From positions 1 through 52,361 of the forward strand of contig JAUWEC010000001.1 of assembly GCA_030608465.1 (NCBI GenBank): a DNA stretch of 52,361 nucleotides, read 5' to 3'. The stretch's first letter is position 1. Each line of letters begins with the position of its first letter. Of the stretch, positions 10,185 through 18,942 are shown piece by piece. A program made the position numbers and the translations under genes. The notes below the pieces were generated by a model that was given only the letters and a program-made list of their open reading frames with translations, did not search any database and was not told where the DNA came from. This DNA comes from Chloroflexota bacterium (GTDB taxonomy: Bacteria; Chloroflexota; Anaerolineae; Anaerolineales; UBA11858).

Positions 10185-10355
10185 GCTGCCCAAAAAGAAT
10201 TATCCCGGTCTATTAACCTGATATTTCCAATAAGAAATATGAACCGCGGATCTTTCTTGGGGAGGAATGGGCAATAAACAAAAAATGCTATTTTCCCTCA
10301 AGGGGTGAACCGTTATTTAATGGGGATTTGGTAAACAATAGAGAAAGGAATAATT

Positions 10356-10937
10356 ATGATGGAGAAATTGGATAAGACTGATTATGTTTTCCCGCAGGTG
10401 GAATGGGAAATCAGAGACTTTGACAGTGAAGGGTACATTCTCGATCTGGGCGGCGGCGGTGAGGGCGTTATTGGCCAGTTAAAGGGAAAGGATGTCATCG
10501 CAATTGACTTCCGAAAAGAAGAACTCCTGGAAGCTGCAGAAGGACCCCTAAAGATTGTTATGGATGCCCGGGAATTAAAATTCCTGGATGAAAGTTTCCA
10601 CGCCGCAACAGCATTCTTTTCCCTGATGTATGTCCGAAAAAAAGAGGACCAACTCAAAGTGTTTCGGGAAGCCTGGCGGGTTTTGAAACCCGGAGGTGTA
10701 CTGCACTTCTGGGATGTGGACATCAGCCAGAAACCAAAAACCGATTCAAAACACTTCATCGTTCACCTGCTGTACCGCATTGGAGAAAAGATCACTGAAA
10801 CCGGGTATGGCATGCCCTGGCCGGAAGAACCACGCGGGATTGATTATTACCAGGAATTGGCCAAACAAGCCGGATTTCAAAAGAGTGACACCGCATGGGA
10901 GGGAAATACATTTTATCTTCATTTGGTAAAGAGTTAA
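10356..10937 (+). CDS. Class I SAM-dependent methyltransferase
   Basis: Motif I ILDLGGGGEGVIG, an acidic residue after beta-2 (AIDF), and the LKPGGVLHFWD motif. Confidence 0.75.
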   Translation: MMEKLDKTDYVFPQVEWEIRDFDSEGYILDLGGGGEGVIGQLKGKDVIAIDFRKEELLEAAEGPLKIVMDARELKFLDESFHAATAFFSLMYVRKKEDQLKVFREAWRVLKPGGVLHFWDVDISQKPKTDSKHFIVHLLYRIGEKITETGYGMPWPEEPRGIDYYQELAKQAGFQKSDTAWEGNTFYLHLVKS

Positions 10938-11006
10938 TCAGCGGCAGATAACAAAGAAACGTAAAAAATCAATTTCTCCTCCATTCAGCTTGGATAAGGA
11001 TTTCCC

Positions 11007-12386
11007 ATGATTAGAAAACTCCCCCTGTTAATATTCATCCCGCTTATTTTCTCCGGGATGTCTTGTAATCAACCAGCTTCCACCGACCTGGCAGAAGATC
11101 AGGCCCAACCAACCATCGATGTTAACCCTTCAGACCAACCCGCGGCTGAAGACTTTTCCCCTGCTTTACCGTCTGCCGGAAGCCTAATCCAACCTGATGA
11201 TTTTACGTATTTAGGGTTTTTTCGACTGCCGGAACCATCCGGAGGGTCGGATTGGGATTACAGCGGACATGGCTTAACCTACTTCCCGGATGGCGATCCG
11301 GAGGGATCAGTAGATGGTTTCCCCGGCTCCCTGTTTGGATTTGGCCATGATCACCAACTTTTTGTTTCAGAGATCAACATTCCTGAGCCGGTAATTACGA
11401 CAAACCTGGAAGAGGCAAATACTGCCCAGACTCTACAGCCTTTTGCTGATCTTACCGGAGGTATTTTTGACACTGGGGGGATGAGTATTCCCAGGGCAGG
11501 ACTGGCGTATTTAGCAGAGCCGCAGCCCCGGCTTCATTTTACGTTTGGTCAGCATATCCAGGACTTTGAAGAGTCCCACGGTTGGGCAAATCTGAATCTC
11601 TCCAACCCGGATGCTCAAGGTCCCTGGGTGTTTGACGGCTACACCAACTATGTCACCAATGATTACCTGTTTGAGATTCCACCGATCTGGGCAGAAGCCA
11701 TTGCTCCCGGTCCTCTCCTGGCCAGCGGTCGAGCCCGGGAAGGATTATGGAGCGGCAGAGGTCCAGCTTTGTTTGCGTATCAATTCGGGAATCTCTCTGT
11801 GCCTCTGCCGCCTGGCAGTACACTCGGCGAAGTGGTTCCGCTTTTGTTGTATGGTGAACAGCAGCCCGGTCAACCTGACCTGATCAGTTCTCCATCCCAG
11901 GCCGTGATCGACTATCGCGAGGCAGATCATTGGTGGGGTGGAGCCTGGCTTACTGCCGGAGATGATTCTGCGGTAGTGTTTGCCGGGACCAAAGCCATGG
12001 GAGAGGAGTGGTATGGATTTGCCAATGGGGTGATCTGGGAACACGACTGTGCTGAACAAACCCCACCCACCTGTCCGGATCCGCCAGAGTGGCCCTACGA
12101 CGACCGTGGTTTTTGGGCGGAGGGTTATCAGGCGCAGTTGATATTTTACGACCCCGCTCACTTGGCCGCTGTTGCCCGGGGAGAATTGGAAAGCTGGCAG
12201 CCGCAGCCGTACGCGGTCCTGGTGCTGGATGATTATTTGCTGGATCCATCTCTGGATTTCATGGAATACAAACGGGACCTGGTTGGCGCGGCAGCATTTG
12301 ACAGGGTAAACGGGTTGTTTTTTCTTGTTGAGCGTTTAGCAGATGAGTACCGCTCTGTCATTCATGTCTGGGAATTGGCTCCCTGA
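11007..12386 (+). CDS. Exported protein of unknown function (signal peptide or lipoprotein-like N-terminus)
   Basis: MIRKLPLLIFIPLIFSGMSCNQ hydrophobic leader with a Cys, then a 435-aa Gly/Pro/Trp-rich soluble domain. I recognise no catalytic motif. Confidence 0.65.
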   Translation: MIRKLPLLIFIPLIFSGMSCNQPASTDLAEDQAQPTIDVNPSDQPAAEDFSPALPSAGSLIQPDDFTYLGFFRLPEPSGGSDWDYSGHGLTYFPDGDPEGSVDGFPGSLFGFGHDHQLFVSEINIPEPVITTNLEEANTAQTLQPFADLTGGIFDTGGMSIPRAGLAYLAEPQPRLHFTFGQHIQDFEESHGWANLNLSNPDAQGPWVFDGYTNYVTNDYLFEIPPIWAEAIAPGPLLASGRAREGLWSGRGPALFAYQFGNLSVPLPPGSTLGEVVPLLLYGEQQPGQPDLISSPSQAVIDYREADHWWGGAWLTAGDDSAVVFAGTKAMGEEWYGFANGVIWEHDCAEQTPPTCPDPPEWPYDDRGFWAEGYQAQLIFYDPAHLAAVARGELESWQPQPYAVLVLDDYLLDPSLDFMEYKRDLVGAAAFDRVNGLFFLVERLADEYRSVIHVWELAP

Positions 12387-12617
12387 TATGAGATAATCCT
12401 TGGATTGATGAGAACGAAAAGAAGGTGCTGTTTACCAAGGCTGTATCATTCTAAAGCAAAAAAGTTGGTATCTATTTGGAAATACTAAACCTCAGGCAGC
12501 CTTGAATGATTACCAGGTAAGGCCTTTGTAAATCTTAGTTGATACTATCTCTAAACTTATCCTATATAGTAATCATAATGTAGGCCGAGGGCAACATTAT
12601 CGCCATAATGTTGAATT

Positions 12618-12639
12618 TATGATGCTTTTAAGCATCATA
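12618..12639. promoter_or_regulatory. Perfect palindrome TATGATGCTT-TT-AAGCATCATA upstream of the hipB promoter (candidate operator)
   Basis: 10-bp arms with no mismatch, 13 nt upstream of the predicted -35. No U-run follows on either strand, so a terminator role is unlikely. Confidence 0.4.
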
Positions 12640-12651
12640 GAGAAAGGAATC

Positions 12652-12680
12652 TTGGCAATCTGTTGTTATTGGTGTACAAT
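12652..12680 (+). promoter_or_regulatory. Sigma-70-type promoter candidate for hipBA
   Basis: TTGGCA (12652-12657), a 17-nt spacer, then TACAAT (12675-12680), about 60 nt upstream of the hipB ATG. Confidence 0.4.
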
Positions 12681-12740
12681 ATAGGCTGTAAACAGAATTG
12701 GTTGCAATTACACATTATAATGAGGTCTGGAGACATCGTT

Positions 12741-13070
12741 ATGACAATTTATGGAATGAGTGACAAGGCGATACTACAGGAGTTAGGAGAACGTTTGAAG
12801 CGTATGCGTTTAGCAAAAAATATCTCCCAGCGGAGATTAGGTGATTTGGCCGGTGTGGATCGGACAACTATTAGTGGGATTGAAAATGGCAATCCGTTTG
12901 ATGTATTGACCTTAATCAAGCTTTTACGATCATTGGATGCATTGGAAGCCTTCGATGCGTTTCTGCCTGACCCGGGAATCAGTCCACTACAACTGGCAAA
13001 AATGGAGGGAAAGGAACGAAAGCGTGCATCTCGTAAAGATTATTTATCTCTCAAGGGATCTGAGCGGTGA
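12741..13070 (+). CDS. hipB: XRE-family helix-turn-helix antitoxin (HipB-like)
   Basis: HTH core ISQRRLGDLAGVDRTTISGIENGN. Start placed at ATG 12741, which has GGAGA 7 nt upstream; the ORF-track TTG at 12663 has no SD. The stop overlaps the hipA start. Confidence 0.8.
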   Translation: MTIYGMSDKAILQELGERLKRMRLAKNISQRRLGDLAGVDRTTISGIENGNPFDVLTLIKLLRSLDALEAFDAFLPDPGISPLQLAKMEGKERKRASRKDYLSLKGSER

Positions 13071-14371
13071 TTGATCAAACTAAAACTGCATTTATCAAAC
13101 TGTGGGAGCATTTGGTCGGAGCCGTTGCCTGGGATGTTGAAAATGAATTTTCCACATTTGAATATGACCCAGATTTTCTAAAACTGGGTTTGGATGTATC
13201 ACCTCTTCGCATGCCAATTGAAGCAGCTCGGTCAGGAGCTGCAATATTCTCTTTCCGAACTTTGCCGAAAGATACCTATTACGGTCTTCCGGGTATGCTG
13301 GCGGATGCTTTGCCGGATAGATTTGGCAATGATCTCATTAATAGATGGCTTGCGACACAGGGTCGTTCTCCCGAAAGTTTCAATCCAGTAGAAAGGTTGT
13401 GTTATACCGGCAAGAGGGCGATGGGAGCTCTTGAATTCGAACCAGTCCTCCATCAAGCATTGGAAAAATCTGTGCCGGTAGAAGTTGCAGAATTGGTTAA
13501 GTTGGCGCAGAAAGCAGTAGATGACCGAGCTAACTTGAAAGTAGAATTGGGTGATGACCCAACTGAAGCACTGTTAAATATTCTACGGGTGGGAACCTCT
13601 GCGGGGGGGAATCGCCCGAAAGCAATTATCGCCTGGGATGAATCCACAGATGAAGTTCTGTCAGGACAAGTTGAAGCGCCCCCGGGTTTTGGGTATTGGG
13701 TATTAAAGTTTGATGGGGTGAAAGACCGATCTTTAGGAGATCCAGCGGGATTCGGCAGGATTGAATATGCTTATTACCTGATGGCGAAGGATGCCGGTAT
13801 TAATATGAATGAAAGCCGTTTGCTGGAAGAGGAAGGAAGGGCTCATTTCATGACCCGGCGATTTGACCGCAATTCTCAAGGTGGAAAACTTCATTGCCAG
13901 ACTTTATGTGCAATAGCGCATTTTGATTTTAATGCTGCTGGTGCTTATTCCTATGAACAAGCCTTCCAGGTAAATCGGGAATTGAGGTTACCTTATGAAG
14001 ATATGGAACAATTTTTCAGACGCATGGTATTTAATGTGATAGCACGTAATCAAGATGACCACACAAAAAATATCTCATATCTAATGGATCAAAAAGGGAT
14101 CTGGCGCCTTTCTCCAGCCTACGACATAATCTATGCATATAATCCTAGTGGTCGCTGGACACACAATCATCAGATGACAATCAATGGAAAAAGAACTGAC
14201 TTTTCCGAGGGGGACTTGATTCGTGTTGGGAAGGAGATGGGAATTCGCCATGAAAGACTGATTATTATGGAAATTGTTGATGCAGTATCTCAATGGCATA
14301 AATATTCCAAAGAGGCAGGAGTAGAGCGAGACCAAGTTTTGGAGATCCGAAACAATTTTAGAACAATTTAG
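13067..14371 (+). CDS. hipA: HipA-family serine/threonine kinase toxin
   Basis: HipA N-terminal coupling region, nucleotide-loop-like GTSAGGNRPKA, and catalytic-loop motif ARNQDDHTKNISY (HipA_C). GTG start overlaps the hipB stop (GTGA). 434 aa, the typical HipA size. Confidence 0.88.
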   Translation: MIDQTKTAFIKLWEHLVGAVAWDVENEFSTFEYDPDFLKLGLDVSPLRMPIEAARSGAAIFSFRTLPKDTYYGLPGMLADALPDRFGNDLINRWLATQGRSPESFNPVERLCYTGKRAMGALEFEPVLHQALEKSVPVEVAELVKLAQKAVDDRANLKVELGDDPTEALLNILRVGTSAGGNRPKAIIAWDESTDEVLSGQVEAPPGFGYWVLKFDGVKDRSLGDPAGFGRIEYAYYLMAKDAGINMNESRLLEEEGRAHFMTRRFDRNSQGGKLHCQTLCAIAHFDFNAAGAYSYEQAFQVNRELRLPYEDMEQFFRRMVFNVIARNQDDHTKNISYLMDQKGIWRLSPAYDIIYAYNPSGRWTHNHQMTINGKRTDFSEGDLIRVGKEMGIRHERLIIMEIVDAVSQWHKYSKEAGVERDQVLEIRNNFRTI

Positions 14372-14503
14372 AATCAACTTTAAGTGACAATTGACCTATG
14401 GTACGCTTTTAGGGGTCAATGGATGTTAGTTAATTGAGCGCATATTATTAAGTATAAATTTATTATGGTAGTAATAATGATTGAAATACCTTGGAGTTGA
14501 GCA

Positions 14504-15292
14504 TTGAACTTTATCCATCTTTCAGATCTGCATATAGGGAAGTCTAATAACAGGGAAAAATCTGCACTAATTGTGGATTGGATTCTTAATAATAAGGATA
14601 AACATCAATCAGAGCTGGTGATCATCAGCGGTGATGTGGTGGATGATGGGGAAGATTGGCAGTTCTATCAGGCAAGGGAACAACTGGAGCGTCTGCGCGG
14701 GAATGGATTTCTTGTATTGGTCTGCCCCGGCAATCATGATTATGGTCGAGAAGGTTTCCTGGAAAGTCACCTGAGCCAAGCACATTTTTTTTCATTGATT
14801 TCCGGAGTGAAGGATTATCCCCATTTACAGGTAATCAAAGGGCAGGCGTTTATCTTGCTCGATTCCATGGCGGAGGAAATAGAAAATATAGAGATGTGGG
14901 GAGCGCAGGGAAATTTAGGTGAGGAACAACTTCAAAAGTTGGATCAAATACTGGAGGACCTGGCAGAGGACCCAGAAGTAGAAAATATCTTTGTTGTTCT
15001 TCACCATCATCCATTTGATTTCCTTTTTTATCATGGGTTAAGGGATCAGGCAGATTTAAAAGGAGTAATTTCCCAGCGGATAAATCACCCTCCCCGGGTG
15101 AATGGTCTGTTATTCGGCCACAAACATATCGAAAATCGTTTTAATGATCCGGATGAGAATAAGGAGGAGTTATTTGGAATTGACCTGATTTATGCATCCG
15201 GGTCTACTGTGGAACGTAATCAAGATGGCAGGATGGTGATTCCAGTCATTAACGCAGAAGCGAAAAATATCAAGCGGTTTTTGATCCAGTAA
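14504..15292 (+). CDS. Calcineurin-like metallophosphoesterase (CpdA-like)
   Basis: All five motifs are present: LSDLHIG (DxH), SGDVVDDG (GDxxDxG), GNHD, VLHHHP, GHKH. TTG start with GGAG 7 nt upstream. Confidence 0.85.
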   Translation: MNFIHLSDLHIGKSNNREKSALIVDWILNNKDKHQSELVIISGDVVDDGEDWQFYQAREQLERLRGNGFLVLVCPGNHDYGREGFLESHLSQAHFFSLISGVKDYPHLQVIKGQAFILLDSMAEEIENIEMWGAQGNLGEEQLQKLDQILEDLAEDPEVENIFVVLHHHPFDFLFYHGLRDQADLKGVISQRINHPPRVNGLLFGHKHIENRFNDPDENKEELFGIDLIYASGSTVERNQDGRMVIPVINAEAKNIKRFLIQ

Positions 15293-15329
15293 TCCCAGAT
15301 TGTTATCCCTTTTTCTGGAATAGTTATTT

Positions 15330-16028
15330 ATGAGAACTGATACCAAATTCATCCAGGGCATAAAAGCCGGCTTACCTATTGCCCTGGGATATTTCCCCAT
15401 AGCAATTGCTTTTGGCGCACTGGCTGTCCAGGCTCAATTATCATGGATTGAAGCCACCTTAATGTCGGTGATTGTTTTTGCGGGAGCCAGCCAGTTTGTG
15501 GGGGTAAGTATGCTGCTGGCAGGGGCAGGTGCGGCACAGATCATCACCACTACCCTCTTCTTGAATATGCGCCATCTGATTATGAGTCTAACAGTTAATG
15601 ACCAAATGCGGCATTTCCCCCAATCGTGGAAAAATCTGCTTTCCTTTGGAATCACCGATGAAACATTTGCGCTGCTTACTCTAGGAGGAACAGGCGAATC
15701 TCAGGGTAAAGAATGGACTCCCTATTATGTAGCAGGATTGATGGGAACCGCCTACCTGGGTTGGGTGTCTGGAACAGCAGTAGGCGGATTGGGTGCCAGT
15801 TTTATTCCGCCGGAAATCACTACGGCGATGACAGTAGGCCTGTACGGGCTTTTTATTGGGCTTTTAGTTCCCCCAGCCCGAAAATTTCTGAGCTATGGTG
15901 TTATTGCCCTGGTCAGTATGATTTTGAATACCACCCTGGGGCTTTTCCTTGATTCCGGCTGGGCGATTGTTTTGGCAACAGTGCTGGCAGCTGGGCTGGG
16001 AATAGTATTGGTCAAGGAGGAGGCATGA
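15330..16028 (+). CDS. azlC: AzlC-family branched-chain amino acid exporter permease
   Basis: Polytopic membrane protein with the AzlC-type FAGASQFVGVSML segment. ATGA overlap with the following small azlD-like gene. Confidence 0.85.
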   Translation: MRTDTKFIQGIKAGLPIALGYFPIAIAFGALAVQAQLSWIEATLMSVIVFAGASQFVGVSMLLAGAGAAQIITTTLFLNMRHLIMSLTVNDQMRHFPQSWKNLLSFGITDETFALLTLGGTGESQGKEWTPYYVAGLMGTAYLGWVSGTAVGGLGASFIPPEITTAMTVGLYGLFIGLLVPPARKFLSYGVIALVSMILNTTLGLFLDSGWAIVLATVLAAGLGIVLVKEEA

Positions 16029-16330
16029 CTGTCTTGATCTTGATCATCGGTATGGCGGTTGTAACCTATATCCCGCGCTTGCTTCCTGCTTTGTTCCTGG
16101 ATCGCTACAAATTCCCCACCTGGTTCCAAAAATGGCTTAAAAGTATCCCCTATGCTGCGTTGGGTGCCTTGATTTTCCCGGGAGTTCTACTGGTGGAGAA
16201 AGATCAGCCGCTGTTGGGACTGGCAGGCGGCCTGGCGGCATTTATCCTGGCTCTGTTGAACCTGCATGTCACGCTGGTGATGGCTGGAGCAATTACCATG
16301 GTGATCATTCTGCAGCTATACGTCTTCTAG
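16025..16330 (+). CDS. azlD: AzlD-family small membrane subunit
   Basis: 101-aa hydrophobic protein, translationally coupled (ATGA) to azlC. This is the canonical pairing. Confidence 0.8.
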   Translation: MTVLILIIGMAVVTYIPRLLPALFLDRYKFPTWFQKWLKSIPYAALGALIFPGVLLVEKDQPLLGLAGGLAAFILALLNLHVTLVMAGAITMVIILQLYVF

Positions 16331-16349
16331 TCCGACTGAGTGTAAAAAT

Positions 16350-16679
16350 TTAATCTGGCAAATCATCCAGTACCATCTGGAGGCTGCTTTTGTAGTTTTT
16401 GAATGCCTCCCGGCCCTGGGGAGTTAGTTCAATTTTGGATTGCGGCTTTTTCCCTTGATAGCCTTTTTCTATTATCACATATCCGGCGTTCTCCAATTTC
16501 GCCAGGTGAGTTGATAAATTCCCCCAGGATAAACCGGTCTGGTTTTTCAGGAAAACATAATCAAGGCTTTCAACTACATACAAAAGAACCAGGATCATTA
16601 ACCTTGCGGGTGCATGGATAACCTGATCTATTTCTGATAAGGGATGGTTTTCTTTGATTTCCATGATTTCACCTTTCAT
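16350..16679 (-). CDS. Winged-helix transcriptional regulator (MarR/ArsR-like, HTH_34-type)
   Basis: HAPARLMILVLL...LKNQTGLSWGNLSTHLAKLENAGYVIIEKGYQGKKPQSKIELTPQGREAF has the recognition-helix plus wing pattern. 4-nt overlap with the upstream membrane-protein gene. Confidence 0.75.
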   Translation of the reverse strand: MKGEIMEIKENHPLSEIDQVIHAPARLMILVLLYVVESLDYVFLKNQTGLSWGNLSTHLAKLENAGYVIIEKGYQGKKPQSKIELTPQGREAFKNYKSSLQMVLDDLPD

Positions 16680-17320
16680 TCCAACCCCTCTTGGGAAATA
16701 ACTGGATGTGCCTTGAGTAAACGCAGAAAGATGCCCAGCCCGTTGAGGATGATAAAGAGTGAGGTAATACCAAAAGTGATTGGAAATCCATGATGGGGAA
16801 CATGAAAGGTAATGTACAAGAATTCTCCAACCAGGGGAGCCAGGGCAATGAGAATCCCATAGAGATAAAGGCGGGGGAATTCTAGCATATAACCTGCCAG
16901 GCTAAAGCCCACCAGGATTATGGCTGAAAGTCGAATGGAATGAACCCACCCGGGAAGATCAGCAAAGTTGAAAAATGACAACACGCCAAGGACCAGGACC
17001 AGTAGATTAAAAACCAGGATTACAAGGTTCAGCTTTTTTTGCCGGGTTTTACGGTATTTCCCATACTCGACAACTCCAACACGGGGTTGGATAATTTTTT
17101 TTCTGATTTCCCTCATCCCTAGATAGATTACAGCCCAGAAGGGTAGAAATATCATTGATGACCAGAAATCTCCTAAGTACGGGCTGAGTGGGGGAGCGAC
17201 GACAAACATCAATAGCACACAACCAATTTGGATATCGATTAATCCATCCTGGAAGGATTTTTGAAAAATTTTCTTTTCCAGATCTTTCAGACTAATTTGA
17301 GGGGACATAAGAACCTCCAT
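16676..17320 (-). CDS. Polytopic membrane protein of unknown function, co-transcribed with the wHTH regulator
   Basis: 214 aa with five or six hydrophobic segments. SD GGAGG upstream of ATG 17320 (plus strand reads cctcc at 17313-17317 region). Confidence 0.65.
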   Translation of the reverse strand: MEVLMSPQISLKDLEKKIFQKSFQDGLIDIQIGCVLLMFVVAPPLSPYLGDFWSSMIFLPFWAVIYLGMREIRKKIIQPRVGVVEYGKYRKTRQKKLNLVILVFNLLVLVLGVLSFFNFADLPGWVHSIRLSAIILVGFSLAGYMLEFPRLYLYGILIALAPLVGEFLYITFHVPHHGFPITFGITSLFIILNGLGIFLRLLKAHPVISQEGLE

Positions 17321-17343
17321 ATACCGGTATCCGGTTATTTAGA

Positions 17344-17363
17344 AAAACAAAGAACTTTGTTTT
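17344..17363. promoter_or_regulatory. Inverted repeat AAAACAAAG-AA-CTTTGTTTT upstream of the membrane-protein/wHTH operon (candidate operator)
   Basis: Perfect 9-bp arms, 24 nt upstream of the operon start codon. A second palindrome AAACCGGTTT lies at 17386-17395. Confidence 0.3.
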
Positions 17364-17617
17364 ACAAAGTAAATATAACAAATCAAAACCGGTTTGTCAA
17401 GTCAAATTTTAAATTTTATCTTGGTTTGCTCCACAAACTAATTTATTTTCTTTTTCAAGCCCAGAAGTTGGTAGGATGCAGCTGAAAATTTATTAATTTT
17501 GAACTGATAGTGACTATAATAGTATTGTCCAGCTCATAAACCAAATAATTTTCTTGAATTGCTAGAAATGATGAAATTCGCTAAAAATTCCTGCCATTCA
17601 CCTAGGATGGAAAACCA

Positions 17618-18823
17618 ATGGTTCATACCTGTACAGAGTATCTGAACAAACTTTGCCTGGAAATATCTGAACGACCAGTAGGAAGTGATGGAAACAGGCA
17701 GGCAACGAGGTTTTTCAGGGACATCGTGACCTCTTTTGGTTGGGAGGTGGATACCACGTTATTTGATGCAATGGATTGGAAGGAGAACGGAGCTACTTTA
17801 ACGGTAGAAAATCAAAGTTTTCAAGTTATTCCCAGTCCCTATTCAATTGGTTGTGATTTTTATGGTGAACTGGTAGCAGCTGGTACTCTGCAGGAACTGG
17901 AGGGTTTAGATTGCTCTGACAAGATCCTTTTATTATGCGGAGAACTTACCCGTGAACAACTCATGCCGAAAAACTTTGTCTTCTATAATCCGGAACATCA
18001 CCAGCGAATAATTTTTTTACTGGAACAGAAGAGACCCGCTGCTATCCTCTCAGCAACCAGCCGAAACGCGGCATTGGCCGGCGGGATCTACCCATTCCCG
18101 TTGATTGAGGATGGAGATTTTGAAATCCCATCCGTATATCTTACAGACGAAGAAGGGCAGAAGTTGATCTCGATGGTGGGGAGAAAAGCATTGCTGGTTT
18201 CCCGTTGTATGCGGGTTCCAGGAATTGGATATAACCTAATAGGCAGATTAGGGAAAAATGCCCGGAAAAGAATCGTAATAACCGCGCACATTGACGCAAA
18301 AAAGGGCACCCCAGGGGCAATAGATAACACAACAGGGGTGATCATTTTGATGCTTCTGGCAGAACTGCTGCAAGATTATTCCGGTCAAACCATGATAGAG
18401 CTGGTGGCGTTTAATGGAGAGGATTATTACGCTGCACCCGGGCAGATGATTTACCTGGACCAGAATCAGGATCGGTTCGGAGAGATTTTATTGAATATTA
18501 ATATCGACGGTGCTGGGTATTTCCAGGGATTATCAGCTTTCTCTCTCTTTGACCTGAAAGACGATATGAGAAGTCAAGTATTGGATGTAATTGCGGCGTT
18601 TGAGGGCATAACCGAAGGTCCTCAATGGATCCAGGGAGATCACAGTATTTTTATTCAGCAGGGAGTACCTGCAATTGCCGTTTCCTCATTATGGTTTATT
18701 CGAAATATAGACCAACAGGAGATTACCCATACACCGAAGGATCATCCCAGGATTGTGGATTGTCAGAAAGTAGTGGAGATTGCTGAGGCAATTCATCTTC
18801 TGATCAGGAACGAAACCGAATAA
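17618..18823 (+). CDS. M28-family metallopeptidase (aminopeptidase-like)
   Basis: Zinc-ligand region ITAHIDAKKGTPGAIDNTTGV and downstream FNGEDYY fit the M28 H-x-D...G-A-x-D-N...E-E/D pattern. Confidence 0.78.
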   Translation: MVHTCTEYLNKLCLEISERPVGSDGNRQATRFFRDIVTSFGWEVDTTLFDAMDWKENGATLTVENQSFQVIPSPYSIGCDFYGELVAAGTLQELEGLDCSDKILLLCGELTREQLMPKNFVFYNPEHHQRIIFLLEQKRPAAILSATSRNAALAGGIYPFPLIEDGDFEIPSVYLTDEEGQKLISMVGRKALLVSRCMRVPGIGYNLIGRLGKNARKRIVITAHIDAKKGTPGAIDNTTGVIILMLLAELLQDYSGQTMIELVAFNGEDYYAAPGQMIYLDQNQDRFGEILLNINIDGAGYFQGLSAFSLFDLKDDMRSQVLDVIAAFEGITEGPQWIQGDHSIFIQQGVPAIAVSSLWFIRNIDQQEITHTPKDHPRIVDCQKVVEIAEAIHLLIRNETE

Positions 18824-18942
18824 TACGAGGAATAGCATATTTCGAGACACTCATGCCCGGTTCATTGATCAGACTGATGTTCATCCACCCTGGATTATTA
18901 AACCAATGATAGATCCAGAGCTAATCTGGAAGGGAGAAGTAT

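Noticed and set aside
12436-12510. Two adjacent complementary blocks (CAAGGCTG/ATCATTC at 12436-12451 and CAGCCTTG/GAATGAT at 12497-12510) that could pair in an A-B-A'-B' pseudoknot topology
   Set aside because: The helices are short (8 and 7 bp) and lie in AT-rich spacer. There is no flanking conserved structure, promoter or terminator to define an RNA. I cannot distinguish this from chance without covariation data.
17261-17485. 74-aa plus-strand ORF in the spacer upstream of the M28 peptidase gene
   Set aside because: It overlaps the start of the minus-strand membrane-protein gene, has AT-rich low-complexity composition (F/K/N/L-rich), and has no SD.
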